A stretch of DNA of 63,998 nucleotides, the filler included, from Circinaria calcarea (Eukaryota): assembly GCA_051942165.1 (NCBI GenBank). It is 8 parts of 8 records of this genome, joined end to end, with 100 filler letters (N's around TTAATTAATTAA, not from the genome) between each part and the next. Parts side by side here need not be neighbours in the genome. Positions count along the whole stretch, not along the records: positions 24,260 to 32,240 come from JAVECS010001198.1; positions 32,341 to 40,319 come from JAVECS010001199.1; 6 more parts are not named here. The stretch is one strand, 5' to 3'. The notes under the pieces were generated by a model that was given only the letters and a program-made list of their open reading frames with translations, was not told the origin of the DNA and searched no databases. Numbering within the stretch: position 1 is the stretch's first letter; each line of letters starts with the position of its first letter. Shown here piece by piece: positions 24,541 through 37,675 of this stretch. Position numbers and translations under genes: made by a program.

Positions 24541-27500
24541 TTCGAGATAAAACTTCTTATGCAGAGAAGAATGCTGAGGTCAAGGAAGAAAGAACGGAAT
24601 CAGAGACAGCTAAAGGCCTCTTCTACCCGGGCAGCACCCTCTCTTTACTTGAGGACTAGGATCTTGGACGATCATGATGAACCGAAGATTAATGCAGGTC
24701 CGAGCGAATGAGCAGATCGCACTGCACACGAGGTAACGGGCATTGCAGGGGATTGACCACGCTATGCAGGCATACCCCTTCGAGGCCGTGAATCTTTTCG
24801 GCCAATAATGCGGACCGGAGAAGGCCCCAATAGGCTTTTATTCTCGAGCAGTACGGACTTGGTGACCAGAACGGACAGTGTTTCATGATCTAAAAACCTC
24901 CATGAGGAGGTTGAGGTGGCAAATTATGCACGAGGCTCATGTGGCGCTTCTGATTGGCTGCAGTTTGTGTACTGGGAGATTCTTATAGCAGGCGTAATTT
25001 GTAGGATCGGCTATTCCAAGTGCGACGTCAAAGCCTGATAGCGGATATACTGATGAATTACGGAGATACTAAGTTATTCACGAACTAACGACCTCGGAGC
25101 ATATATGCCGAAGAGATTTTATATCCTCTAACTGTAAAAAACCTAAAGGCCTTGAAACTCTTTCTCAAATAATTTAATATATATATGAGAGTAAAACTGA
25201 GCTACTTGGGGATAATGAAAACAAAGCTCGTTAAGCTGAGGGCGAATTGGGGAGGATAGCCCGGTCGCCAGTGCTAACACCAGAAAGAAACAGCCCAAGT
25301 TTGACAGGATAAAATCCCGCCAGCTTGTATTTTTCACAAAATTCTCTATAATCGAGAATGACTTATCAGATAAGGATATTTCAAGCGGTCCAGCAATTAC
25401 AGTAATTGCACAAGAATTGCAGAGGGCTGTTGAAGCAAGCTTGCGCAATTAGGATATAGGAAAAGATGTCTCGAATGCTAAAGATAAAACGCAGGTTAAG
25501 AGAATGGCTAGGTTTAGAAGAGTATGGTGAAAGGCGAAGAAGGAGCAATACCGTGAAGGCATGGTATTCTGGCGGTTTTTATACCAGCTGTGGTCCCTCG
25601 GAGATGGTCCTGGACCAGAGGTCGTGTTGAAAAAGGGTGAAAGCCCCATCCTCAGATACCAACAAGACCTTGGAAAGACTGGCACTTTAATACCGACATG
25701 TATATTCCCAATCTTGGAGGTGTATCTACTTAGTACACGGCAATGACAATTCTCCAAGACTGGCAAGCTTATCAGATGTTGAGAATCCGATAAAAGCCCA
25801 GGAAAGACAGCAACGATGGTCAAATGATATAGACAGAGATAGTAATATCCGCATGGCAAGTATCCTAAGAGGAAAGCGGCTAAAAATGCGTATCAGAGTG
25901 CTTGGTATTACGTTGTTATTGAGGCCCGTACGTCATATTTGGTGATAAAAGGGCGAAATGACTCCTATAAGCTCATGGCAGCTTATAACGCAATACATGA
26001 GTGGTTTAATAAAGGGAAAAGATACCTCCTTCAGCATGACAACCCGTTATTCCATAACAGATCGCCCGTGGCCCGCCATATACAACGAAGCCAAAATCAA
26101 CCTTTCTTCGCCGAGAAGGACCCGGACAGATACCCCAGGAACAGCGGGGGAATGGCAACGGACCACGGCCTTGCGAGATACATTAAGCATAAGAAGATTC
26201 AGTCAGAGGATTGGAGTTCAGTCTCCGCTATCCTTTTCAGTGTCTCGAGGAAAAGGATAGGCCTTCGGGGTCGTCAGCTGAAAAGAGCGATGAGATCGAC
26301 CCTGTAGCAAAGACGACCAAAACTCCTGATAGTGCTCCACATAGCCAAGGGAGTCGGCAAAGCATCAAACGAGAGCGTGTTACAGAGAGTTCCTCGAGCC
26401 TATCTTGGTCAGTCAAAACACCAGCTCCTGCAGCAAATTCAGCTACGTAGCTCACATTCAAGCCGAATACACGCCTCGAGAGCTCTCCAGCCACAACGTT
26501 GTCGGCAAGCAGAAGCTGCTAGTGATAGTGTCACACGCAGATGGCAGCCGGCATGGAATAAGGACCTGCACCAGTTCTTTCTCTTTTCTCTTTTCTCTTT
26601 TCCAGTGGAGGCGCTATCTCCGCGATTTACATGGATGCTGGTGGCCCGTACGAGTTGCACTCACGACAATTGCACTAAGGGAGCGACTACGCCAGTGCTG
26701 GAAACACCGCAGCGATCTCGTGCCCATTCAGATCAGCTCGCAATTCTCACTTTGATGGCGACTAAAATTGCGCCCGTGGCTCGGGGGCGATGCTTACTGG
26801 GTGTATGCGCGGACCCCGATAAAGACGTCTATACTTGCCATTATTCCAGAATCACGGCGGAAAGTAGCTGTAGAAGAAATCCCAGGGCCCGGTGCCTGGA
26901 CCACCTGGCATGATACTAGGAACCTCAAGCAGGGGGATTTTCGGGTAGCTGTGGGACGGTATAAAAGACAATTTTTTTCATGATACAGCCCACGGAGATG
27001 CAATCCACTAGGAGGGATGAGGGCTTTTGAGAGATGTCAATATAGAGCTTGATCAAGCGAAAAAAACAAATGACTGGATTCAATCGATTGAGATATGCTG
27101 TAAAGGCATGGCTTAGACGCTGGCCGATAAAGCGTAGGAACAACAAGGATACTCAGTACACATTGTAAAAATATAAACACAAAAGAGCAAGAGTTCCAGC
27201 AGCGTAAAGGGGTGAAGGATCATGACATTGAGCCGCCATATTCGTCAGGCGGACAATAGGCTTGTCGAAGCATGTTACTCTAACAGTTCCTAGGGCGTAT
27301 TCAGAGATTACGATATGAGGGAAAGCTATCTTAACCCATACTCCCCGCGGTCGTAGGATGGTACAATTTCAGAGCTAAGCTCCCGGGCAATCGAGGCGGG
27401 TGGGCAGAATTCGTTGCCGATGAGAGAGATTAGGTGCATTGGGTAGGGGGCCTAATACTCACTAGCTATAAGCAATTCTCTTACCAATATCAACATGTTG

Positions 27501-28793
27501 GAGAAATCATAAAAAGTAATATAATATAGTACCTTTATGAATGAGCTCACTCGAGGCCAGTGTAAAATCATTGCCGCTAAAGACGATTAGTATATGAGTA
27601 GGGCGTCCTATGGCCTTGATGAGAACAGACTTTGTCGGCCCGACCTTATTCCATATCCTACTAGCAGTAGTAGTCATTAACCCTCACCGTCTTTTCGACC
27701 ACACCGAATAAACATCAGCCGCAGCTGAGAGACAGCTGAGAGTCTTAAAGGCTTGGTGCGAAGGCATCTGAGTACGGAGGGCTATGACGGGTGAATCGGT
27801 GGACTCGACGACCCGGAATTCCACAGAAGCTCCGAATGCTGCAATCTTGGAGTAATAAGAGACATAATTACTTCGACCATGATCAACTGGGTCTTTTCAT
27901 GCCAGGTCATACCTAGCGTTGCAGGTACGGATTGAAAAGGCGACCTCTTCACCTGCTTGGTAACTTGAGCATGGTGAGATAAGATGAAAACAATACAAAT
28001 GGGTTACGAATCGAGCTTTGTCGTACCTGCGACCCAAAGAAACTCTCCGCGTACTGGCGTGGTCTGCTGACCGCCCTCGAGGCCGCCTTACTGATTAACC
28101 CTTCACAGCCTCAATTGTACTGCCTATCCGAGCTGAACCATACACCGCAGGCTGCCACCATGAGAGGCTCGACTGACGAGCAACTTTCAAGCCGACCAAG
28201 AGCTCTAGCCGTACCTACCTTTCCAGTATCTAAGGCTGAAATACATCACGTTGCATGGCTCGCATGGTTACTCCCTACCTTTCCCCGGAAGTGCTAGGGC
28301 TTGGGATCGCCAAGGCCTAGAGATCGTTGGAAGAAGGCTAATCAGAAGCTACCAGGCTGCCGGGTCTCCACGCAGCTATGATATCGCTGCATTGCCCACC
28401 AGATGGTCTAGCCCGGTTCTGCTCTCTACAGCATGTTTGTCCATATACTCTACGTCGAAAAGTTTCTTTAGCAATGAGTCATATACACTGTCAAAGTGGG
28501 ATGAGCAATACTCGGTGCTGATATACCTGCTTCTGGGGTTTGTCATATAATCTCGTATGTCGAGTCTGACAAGGTCGTCGTATGAGCTCTTGTCTTCCCG
28601 GTCGCCAGAAAGAATGTGACCCTGACATAAGACAGAACTACAACGGTTTTGTCATAATATCCCGCCCCCCCGAACGGTGGCTCAACCCACTCGGCCTACA
28701 TGTACTGACCTACACTACCGGGATTCCTTCTTGTCTTGGAACCCATCCCAAGACTGCGATCCAAACTTTTCCTACTTGTATCGTTTCGCCATC

Positions 28794-30092
28794 ATGGTTG
28801 CAAACGCAGCAGCCTCGAGGAACTTCGAGATAGTCACTGCGTTGGCTGTATTGGCTACCGTTACTGTTTGCCTACGCTTCGTCGCCAAAAGGCTTGTTAA
28901 GGCATCATATTGGGCTGATGATTATTGGATCATCGCCAGTCTGGTTGTTATGTTTGGCTTTCTTGCTGATTGCGCAATTAGTATGTATTCCTAGATATGT
29001 ATGTAACCGCTACATCTCACGACTAAACCTGCATAGTGGTCTTTGTTGGCGGGATCGGCAAGCACATTACGGAGCTGACGCCTACAGAATACAAAGTTTT
29101 CTTCAGAGTAAGTGTTTATAGATTTTGCCGCCGATGCTCGATCGTGTTGCTAATGTACGTATGTCAGGCTGGATTCGCCGTTGAGATCTTGTACTTTCTC
29201 GCCATTACACCCGTCAAAATATCTGTGCTCTTCTTATACGGTCGATTGTTCCCCACGCGGATGCTCCTGCTGGTTGCCAAAATTGTTGGAGCAGTTTGCA
29301 TCGCCTGGTGCTTGGCCAGTGTGCTGGTGACGATATTTCAGTGTAATCCCGTTGCGAGTGCATGGAATCCGCCGATTGGCGGGCAGTGTGTCAGCTACTT
29401 CGCTCATTTCCAGCTAGGAGTTGCCATCTCTAACATGCTTACGGAGATAATCATTCTCTGTATACCTCTTCCCATTATTTGGCGGTTGTCCTTGCCAGCC
29501 CGTGATAAGGCCATTCTCTCTGGCATGTTTTTCCTGGGAAGCTTGTAAGTGCTCTTACTGGAAGCCATTATTGTCTCGAAACAAAGCAGCTAACCTTAAC
29601 TAGCGTCTGTGTTGCGAGTGTGATGCGAATTGTGACCATTGCCGACGTTGAACATTCTGATGCTTCATGTATGTTCTCTATACATGTATACCCAATGAGA
29701 TACTTATTCGATTGACAGATACCGCTTTACCTGGCGCAACATGGTCTGTTATAGAAGCCGAGCTCGCAATCATCTGCGCTTGTCTTCCTACCTTACGCCC
29801 TCTGATCTCCAAAACTGAATGGGTCCAACGGACTAGAAACCGGTTGAGTACATATTCGACCAAGTCCAGAATATCTTCCGTTTCTCGATACTTCGTGAAG
29901 CAAGACTCCTGGAGCGATCGAGTCATCAGCCTCGCTGCAACGGATACACACATCAGCGAAGGGCGCCCTCATTCTGAAGTCGGAGAAGACCCTAGTCAAA
30001 GTCAAATTATCACGGTTGGCATGGTAAGCCAGGACATTGAGTGGGACGACCGACGCATAGAGACGACAAACCATGAGGTGTCTAAGGTATGA
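28794..30092 (+). CDS. PTH11-like (fungal rhodopsin-domain) integral membrane protein
   Basis: VCLRFVAKRLVKASYWADDY, KISVLFLYGRLF, FQCNPV, WSVIEAELAIICACLPTLRP; four GT-AG introns. Confidence 0.9.
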
Positions 30093-32240
30093 ATAATGGG
30101 CAATGAATAATGGCCAAAGAATAATGCTCGAGGAGCCAAGAAACCTCACCTCTGTCGACGCTCTCTGGATCGTTCTGGTAGCTTTTATCGTGCCGCACTC
30201 TACCTGAAATGAGTTTATCGGTTATAGTACTGGACGCGATTTATATACACCACATGCACGATGGTCAAAGATTCGGTCTCCACAGACCATCCATGCGCCA
30301 GATACAACATACACCATGGTTGAAGCTTGCCTATCCGTAACCCGCCCATGCTCCATATACTGTTCCAAGCCTCAAGGTATAGAATACAGCACAACAGGAC
30401 GCATGAAGGGGCTTCGAGGGACAAGTAGGAGGCGTATATCTCCCTTGGGTTTGATATAAGGGCTCAGGCTTGGTGATGCAGCTATGCGATTGGCAATGGT
30501 ATATCAATCTAAATGTGCATATGAAGGAGAAAAGAATAGTAAATAAGATGTTAGTAGCTAGTTTATGAATCGGAAGACAGGCATGAGTTGGTGATAAAAT
30601 TTGCTTGCCTACCTTAATAAATGACGACTTGAATATATATTTACATCCAAGGTTGTTTTTGACACAACCCCCATCCTATCTGATATCAATCATAGATTCA
30701 TCCTTGTTTCCATTCCCTAAATTGTCCTCCCTACGTTTGAGCGTACACCATACACGGGGTATCATCCTAGCCAGTCACAGTATATAACGGCCCCTTTCGT
30801 CTCCTCCCTAAACAGCTTGTTTCTCCATACGATCCCTTTAGCTCCTAGCTGCATTAGGCCCAGATGCGATGTGCACGTCGCAGCATAGAGGGTGTGACTT
30901 GCGGGTTGGACCTGAGCATGTTGGGGGCCGGGAGTCTGAACGTTTGCTGCGTTTTGTAGCTAGAGGGTGGGATAGGAGGAGTGGACCTGCGTGAGGTAGT
31001 CATCGATTTGACTCCAGTAGAATTTGTCCCAAGTTGGCTATTAAGGAATTGAGAGCCGAAGTTTTTAGTTTGGATTCGGCCATTGTGGCATCTTCGAGAA
31101 GCTTGGTATGCTGCTGACGCGAAGGACTGAGATAGACAAGATGATGTGGGATCCCAGTCACATGGGACATTGGAAAGATGTGGGAATCGAGCTTCTTAGG
31201 AACATTTTGGAAATGTCACCGTCGCACGGATGGCTGGGAAGCCGTCAAGTTGATACAGGACTAAACGCCGTCCGAGGTCCGAGGTTGTCGCAACTTTGGT
31301 TAGATAGGAAGTAGGCCAGTATCGGTCCCGGGTACCAACGGAAGATTCCTTACCAGACTCATCATCACCCCGTGATAGCATGAAGATGGGAACCGTCACA
31401 CATCTCGGTTGCTGGCAATCCCTCGAAACGGAGCAAAGAATTGACCGAGAGTTCGCCTCCGAAACCTATAGGATAGCGGCGTCTATGTGGGATAGTAGGT
31501 ACTCTTCGCTGCGGTGTACGACCTGCAGGGCTGGTGACGATATTACGAGTAATCAAGCTCCATCATCCGCGGCCTGTTTCAAGGCCGTATGGCAATCTTT
31601 GTATGATTGGACTTATCGTACCAGCTCGCAAAGCTTTACAATAAAACCCGTTTCAACCCCACGCGGGCTCTACATATCTACATATATATCTTGCTCTCCC
31701 GTCACTCTGGGGGGGCAACTCCAAAGTGAAAGGTTCCAAGAGGGTGTCAAATTGCAAACGCACGATATTCCCATATTACTGTCCGCGAGTTTTCAGAATT
31801 GTTCTGCCTAAAGTTCCTCAAGTTGTATACCTCTCTCTTAAGCTTCTCGTATCGATATCTCTGCCTCGCGTATCTGTGAACCTTCACAGGTGACTCTTGT
31901 CTAAAGATGGGGACCCCCATTCCCAGTCCTCCTGGACTGCCCTTCTTGGGAAACATGAATGCTCTTGATCCGGAAAACCTGATTGCAAGCGTAGAACGAC
32001 TTGCAGATATCTACGGTTGGAGTGCCCCCTTCTGATACGTGACTTTAATTCATGTTCTCTACAGGTCCTATCTGGAAGCTTACCATTCTTGGAACAACAA
32101 GAATCACCATCACCACCCAGGAGCTGTTGAACGAGATGTGTGACGAGAAAAGGTTTATTAAGCAGCCCTCGGGAGGCTTGCTGCAAGTGCGCAATGGGAT
32201 AGGAGATGGATTGTTTACTGCATTTTCGTTTGAAGAGAAT

Positions 32241-32340
32241 NNNNNNNNNNNNNNNNNNNNNNNNNNNNNNNNNNNNNNNNNNNNTTAATTAATTAANNNN
32301 NNNNNNNNNNNNNNNNNNNNNNNNNNNNNNNNNNNNNNNN
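32241..32340. other. Artificial contig-joining linker
   Basis: Same 100-bp spacer. Confidence 0.98.
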
Positions 32341-33547
32341 GGAAGGGGGCTTGAACGTGGATGAGAGGGGCATCTGGGGGGTAGGGCCTTGCATAGCGTC
32401 GGTGTTTTGCAGTGAGATACCTGCATCTGGCTGATTTTGGAATGAGAGTGGAAGCCGGAGGTGCTAGATGGTTTTGGCTGATTATGGCACAGAGAAATAG
32501 ATACCCCACATTGCTATGTAGCTTAGGCACACTTGCAGCATTCTGATTGCCTCCCCCCAAACCCCTTTCTTCGAGTGGAAATACATGATCGAGTTATTTG
32601 GAAGCCATCTAGTCTGTGATACTCTTAACATGAAAATACATCCCTTTTTAATTCCTGATATGAATAAGAATTTTTCCGAACCACTCCCTCTTCTCCCCGA
32701 TGCGGAAGAAAACCCTTCAGTGAGCGCCGCCGAGCGGCGAGGGAGCTCGTGGGTTAATGTGGTTAACCTTTCTATAGAAGTCCCAAGGGAGGAAACCGGG
32801 GAAGGGATATTGAGGAAGGGATATTGGGGAAGGGAGGAGGCCTTGTACGTAGAGGATCTAATGTTTCGTGAGTGGTCAAAGACCAATTATCATAGAGTGA
32901 GGGTTGGGAGTTTATAAGGGCGAAAACCCCCCAAAAAAAACGAAAAAAGAAACATAGCTTCCTTTTATCTTCCCTATCACTTATTCCCTATTCCCTCTGG
33001 GTAGTAAAAGTCCCCTTCTCCCTCCCCGCCCAATCCTTTCCTCTTATGATAAACACCCTCTTCTAATCTACGACTCTAGAGACGGTATAAGTCTGTTCTA
33101 CCGCATACTACTTGCAACTTGACGTTTTCTACTATCTCTGCGGAACCTGGCTTTTGGGTTGGGGATCTTGGGAAGGGAAGGGGTTTGAAAGGGGGGAAGG
33201 AGAGGAGGGGAGGGTTTGGTTTTGAGTGAAGATACCCTTTTCCTCTCGTTTATCCCGTATAGCACAGTTGTTCACGAATAGGCAAAGGGACAAAAACGGC
33301 AGCAAGGCAAGAGTGTTACAGTCTAGTCACTCCCAGAATCCTCTGCTAGTCCACCCCACGTGTGCAATCCTCAAGACGATCAAACGAAGTACGCCCACAG
33401 GTATCCATTTTCATCGGCGTTTTCGTGCTCCGCGAACCAGTCTTGGAAAAACTCTGAAGAAATTGGAAAGCCTGGAACGTAGCGTCAGGAGAAGTCAGCC
33501 ACCGGCCTACTTCTCCAATTACCCATTCAAAAAAAGGAACGACAGAC

Positions 33548-34443
33548 CTAATTGATGAGGAGGTGCTTACACTTGCTGCAGTCCGGGTGGGCGGTATGGT
33601 GGTGATGCTTGGCATGGTGCCAGCGAGTTTTTAAAGCTTCCAATTCGGCGGACTTGGCGCTGCGACCGCTCACCGCACCGTTGTACTGGAGCCTCACGCC
33701 CGCCAGATCCTGCTCGAGCAGCTCGATGCGTTCTTCCATCGCCGCGAGGTCACCCATCTTCTCTTCGTCGGCCCACATCTGACGCATCTGTACGGCGAAC
33801 ATGTCGCCTGCAAAGCGGCCTCCGTCGATAAGCAAATCCTGGACCGCCTGCACTTCGTCACGTTTGAGTTTCTGCAAGACGGGGACGGCGAATTTGGCGA
33901 AGAAGTTATAGAACACCCGGTTGGTCTCGGAATCCGTAGTGCCGTTGTAGATTTTGTAAGCAATCGCGAAGAAAGCGGTGCGGTTCGCCTTGCTGCCGAC
34001 GTAGAAGGACGTGGAAGAGCTTAGCTTGGCAATGACCAGATCCTTCAACAATGGTAGCTGGTACTTATCCGCCAGAATGTAAATGTCAGCCAACTGGTGC
34101 TCGAGTTCGAGGTTTTCGGAGCCTTCGAACGGGAAGTCTCCGGTATAGAGGTATTCCAGCATGAGGCTAAAGTCAGCGGGGTTATCATCGTCTAGGGCGA
34201 TGTTGTGCGTAACAGCCTCCTGGAACTGGCCCTCGCACATGGCCAACAGCACGGGAGATTGGATCAAAACACTAGCATGGACAATGAAACCAGGTTTGGT
34301 GTCTCCAACGATGATGTTGAAGGTATCGGACATGAATCGGCTGCTGTGATATCAGAATCGTCAGTATGATAGGCAACAAATGAGGAGAATGTCACTCACA
34401 GGCCCATGCTAGGTAGAGACTCCTTAGACATGATGTCTGACAT
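33548..34443 (-). CDS. BTB/POZ-domain protein with coiled coil and His/Cys-rich tail
   Basis: FIVHASVLIQSPVLLAMCEGQFQEA..MLEYLYTGDF..IYILADKYQL; short first exon and one intron; ends HHAKHHHHTAHPDCSKCKH. Confidence 0.88.
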
Positions 34444-35480
34444 GATAATCTGCTGAGCTGTAAACAGGAATAGGGGCTAGAGGATTCCTCTGAAGATATA
34501 GAGAGAGAGGGTGTCTCGAGAGATTGTTGAGAGAAGGTCAAGAGAAGAGTGTCCAGGAAAGGTGTCAGAAAGGGCGTCGAGCTTCTGTTTGTTTATGTAG
34601 AATAATCCGAAAGTAGCGCGTCGGTGGCCGTCATAAGCGAGTTGTGTCCATGATAGTGCCATGATATCAAAGACCTCCTAGACCTATCTCGCTTAACTGT
34701 TTTCAAACTGTCATCCTTCGTGGATAGAAACTTCGGTAATGCATACACACTGAAAACACCTGGAGACAGAATGGGAGAGCACGCCGAGAGACAAGCATGG
34801 GAGAATACACTTGGAAGACGAGCAAGGGAGAACACACTGAGGGACAAGTATAGGAGAAAGACATACTGAACCAAATGACTATCCCAATAGAAAGTGTTCA
34901 ATCCATCCTGGGCAGTGGTATGTTAGCAGTACCTAAATTCTGCGCAATTCCGAGTCTAACAAAGTCTATCAAACCTGGATCATGAAGGGAGAGCATTTTG
35001 GCAAAAGAGGACGAGGTGAGTTGAGTGAAAAAAAAGGTACCTAAGTCGATGGTACTTGAGCTGTGGCTAATGAAGGCAAAAGGATATCCTGCAGGGCTGC
35101 CGGTCATCAATACCTCATCATGCCAATTACGGTGCTACTTGACCTTTCACGAGATGTGAAGATGAGGAGAAGGCTTCTTTCCAGACCATCGGTCTTTTCA
35201 TTGGTTCTACTTACAAGCTTGCATCCTGTCTTCCATCTGCTGCCAGCAAAAGGGGCAAGTGTCAAGCAAGTGTGTCCGTTGACTTTCCGCCTTATCCTAA
35301 CTTTGACTATCCACGGCTCCTTGAAAGCATACTGCCAGCCTGCCATACTGCTTGAGGAAATCGTCTGTCAATTCCTGTTAGCGCTTCACATGATACGCGG
35401 AAGGTAGCGTAAGGTTACCTGTCAGAAAGGCTCCGACTTCCTCTGTACAGTTCAATTGAGGGCTGACTTCGGGGGAGAGT

Positions 35481-36687
35481 CTACTCCGAGCACGAGGAGG
35501 GAGAATCTACCCCTAGCATTAGTCCACCGCGGTAGACACGTGTCCTCTTGCCTTCACGTCTACCCGATCCAGTTTCGAGACGGTCCCGTTCCATAGAAGC
35601 TAATTTCGCTCTCAATTCTCTGATCACTCCCAGAGCGTCTTTGTGTTTCTGCTCCAAGTCGCGGATCTCTACTTTGCTGTTGTTTTTGTCAACCATCTGA
35701 AGTCGAAAAAAATCTGCCGCAAGCTTCCCTCCGTGAGTGAGCATAGCTTGAACGACTACACACCCCTGATTCTGAAGAACTACGGAGGCTGAGATCGCCG
35801 TCTCGCAAAAGTACTCATGGAAGATTTGACCGGACTGGGATGCTGCAGTGCCCTGGTAGATCTTTTGTGCTATCACGAAGAATTGCACAGCGAGCTCAGA
35901 AGTCGGGCCGATGCGGCTGGCTGCCATATATGCTGACGTGATGTCTGAAAAATACCACCGCAGCTCCCTCACAATCTTCTCCTTCAAGACAGGTAAGTCG
36001 TATTTGTCTGCGAGCAGGTAGATGTTCGCAAGCTGGTCTGCTCCAATACGCAAATACTTCTTATTTGGGGGTCGGATTTTGCCGGTGTACAGATATTCGA
36101 GTACCACCTTAAAGACCGAGGCGTCATCTTCGGGTAGACAGATCTGGACGGTGGAATTCTCATGGAATGGACCCTCGCACATTCGTGCAAGCACTGGAGA
36201 TTGGGACAACACGCTAGCATGCGCAAACAAAACAGGCTGGGTGTTTCCCACTAGGATGCCAAAGACAGTAGAGGCAAAGCGACTGCATTACAGATTAGCA
36301 AGTGCTAGCCATGCTTTGTATGATTGCAAGAACCTCTTACCTGATCTCGTCGTCTGATTCTAGTGTATCTGTGTCGCTTTCTTCGTTCATCTGTTCATCA
36401 AGGGGTCCGCCTTCCTGCTTCTGATCCTCCTGCTTCTGAGCCTCATGCTCCTGAGCGTCCTGCTCCTGCGGGTCGTGCTTCTGAGCATCATGCTCCTTAG
36501 GGTTGTGCTTCTGAGCATCATGATCCTGAGCCTCGTGCTTCTGAGCCTCGTGCTTCTGAGCCTCGTGTTTCTGAGCCTCCTGCTCCTGAGCCTCGTGCTT
36601 CCGAGCATCATGCTCCTGAGGGTCGTGCTTCTGAGCATCATGCTCCTGCAACTGGTCTTGCACTGGTGTAGTTTCCGCCATGGTCAT
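35481..36687 (-). CDS. BTB/POZ-domain protein with N-terminal pentapeptide repeats
   Basis: Exon 1 carries the repeats; intron near 36285-36341; exon 2 has AHASVLSQSPVLARMCEGPFHE..VLEYLYTG..IYLLADKYDL. Confidence 0.85.
36413..36650 (-). repeat. Coding 15-bp minisatellite (Q-[EK]-H-[DE]-[AP], about 16 units)
   Basis: Units such as CAGAAGCACGAGGCT and CAGGAGCATGATGCT repeated in tandem. Confidence 0.9.
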
Positions 36688-37675
36688 CAAACTGCTGGTG
36701 TTGTGGTTTGTGAGTGATGATTTGTGGGTTAACTGAAGAAGAGGATGTGGATGTAATTTCGAAAGTTATTGTGGGCCTACAACTACGTTCGACCACGTCG
36801 TGCAGGGTTTGGAAACGTAAACAAATCCGGGGAAGACGAGGTACGTTAGGGACACCACACTACTTAGCTTGTGGGATGGCTAACGGTTCCGTTAGAGTTA
36901 CCACTGGGAAAACGGGAAACGCATTTGGACCAAGATTAATCGAAGGCACAGAGCATAGGAGAAAGATTCACTTATCAATCCACTCTACTAAATAATAGTA
37001 CTTGAATTATGATGAGCATTGCTATTTCCCAGCGCCTTGGAAGCTGCCAAGCTGACGACTAAAGAAAATTGCATCAAACTTGCTCCAAGTAAGGAGAGTC
37101 TTACAGCCAAAGAGACCAACCTCGAGTTTGACGAGAGAAGACTCCCAGAGTCTATCGTTGACAACTTAGATTTGATATCTGGAGAGCAACCCATGTGTCA
37201 TTGCTGGCCTGAAATATTCCAATTGCCCCAACTACTGTCATTCTAATCTCTCATAAGCTCCGAAGATGGAGATGTAACTTTCCTTTATATTATGTCACTC
37301 TTCGTATCCATTTTCACCTGTTTGTCATCCTCCTTTCATCATACATGAAAGGTTTTGAGGTGCAATTAGGCATTGACTCTGGATTTTCCAATGCTAAGCT
37401 GCAATATATTGTCGAAACATACTAAACATCTTCTTTGCTGCGTGATGAGATTCTCCTTTGATTCATTTCCTGGCTAGACGGGGCATAAGATGCAAAGCCC
37501 ACGTTGGTTGAAGGCGGTGTGTGATGCAGTTATCCGCCACTGTATAGAGGTTAGAACAAGGGATTGATTCGTTGTGTGGACGCGACATTTCTCATCGTCG
37601 ATCCGCCTGATTCTGACTCTCTCCCTACTTCTCGCTCATCAAAATTGCTCTACCTGAAGAACTTGCCTTGGAACC

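Noticed and set aside
30900..32240. Several 60-140 aa ORFs (also 39100-40319 and 23250-24159)
   Set aside because: No motifs, splice structure or coding-like consistency that I can support.
32341..33250. Homopolymer-rich sequence at contig starts (also 48495-49400) with short ORFs
   Set aside because: No recognisable motifs; may be low-quality contig-end sequence.
36413..36650. CRISPR-like or non-coding array; alternative Leu-rich and Arg-rich ORFs over the repeat
   Set aside because: No unique spacers; it is a coding minisatellite, and the other ORFs are shadow frames.
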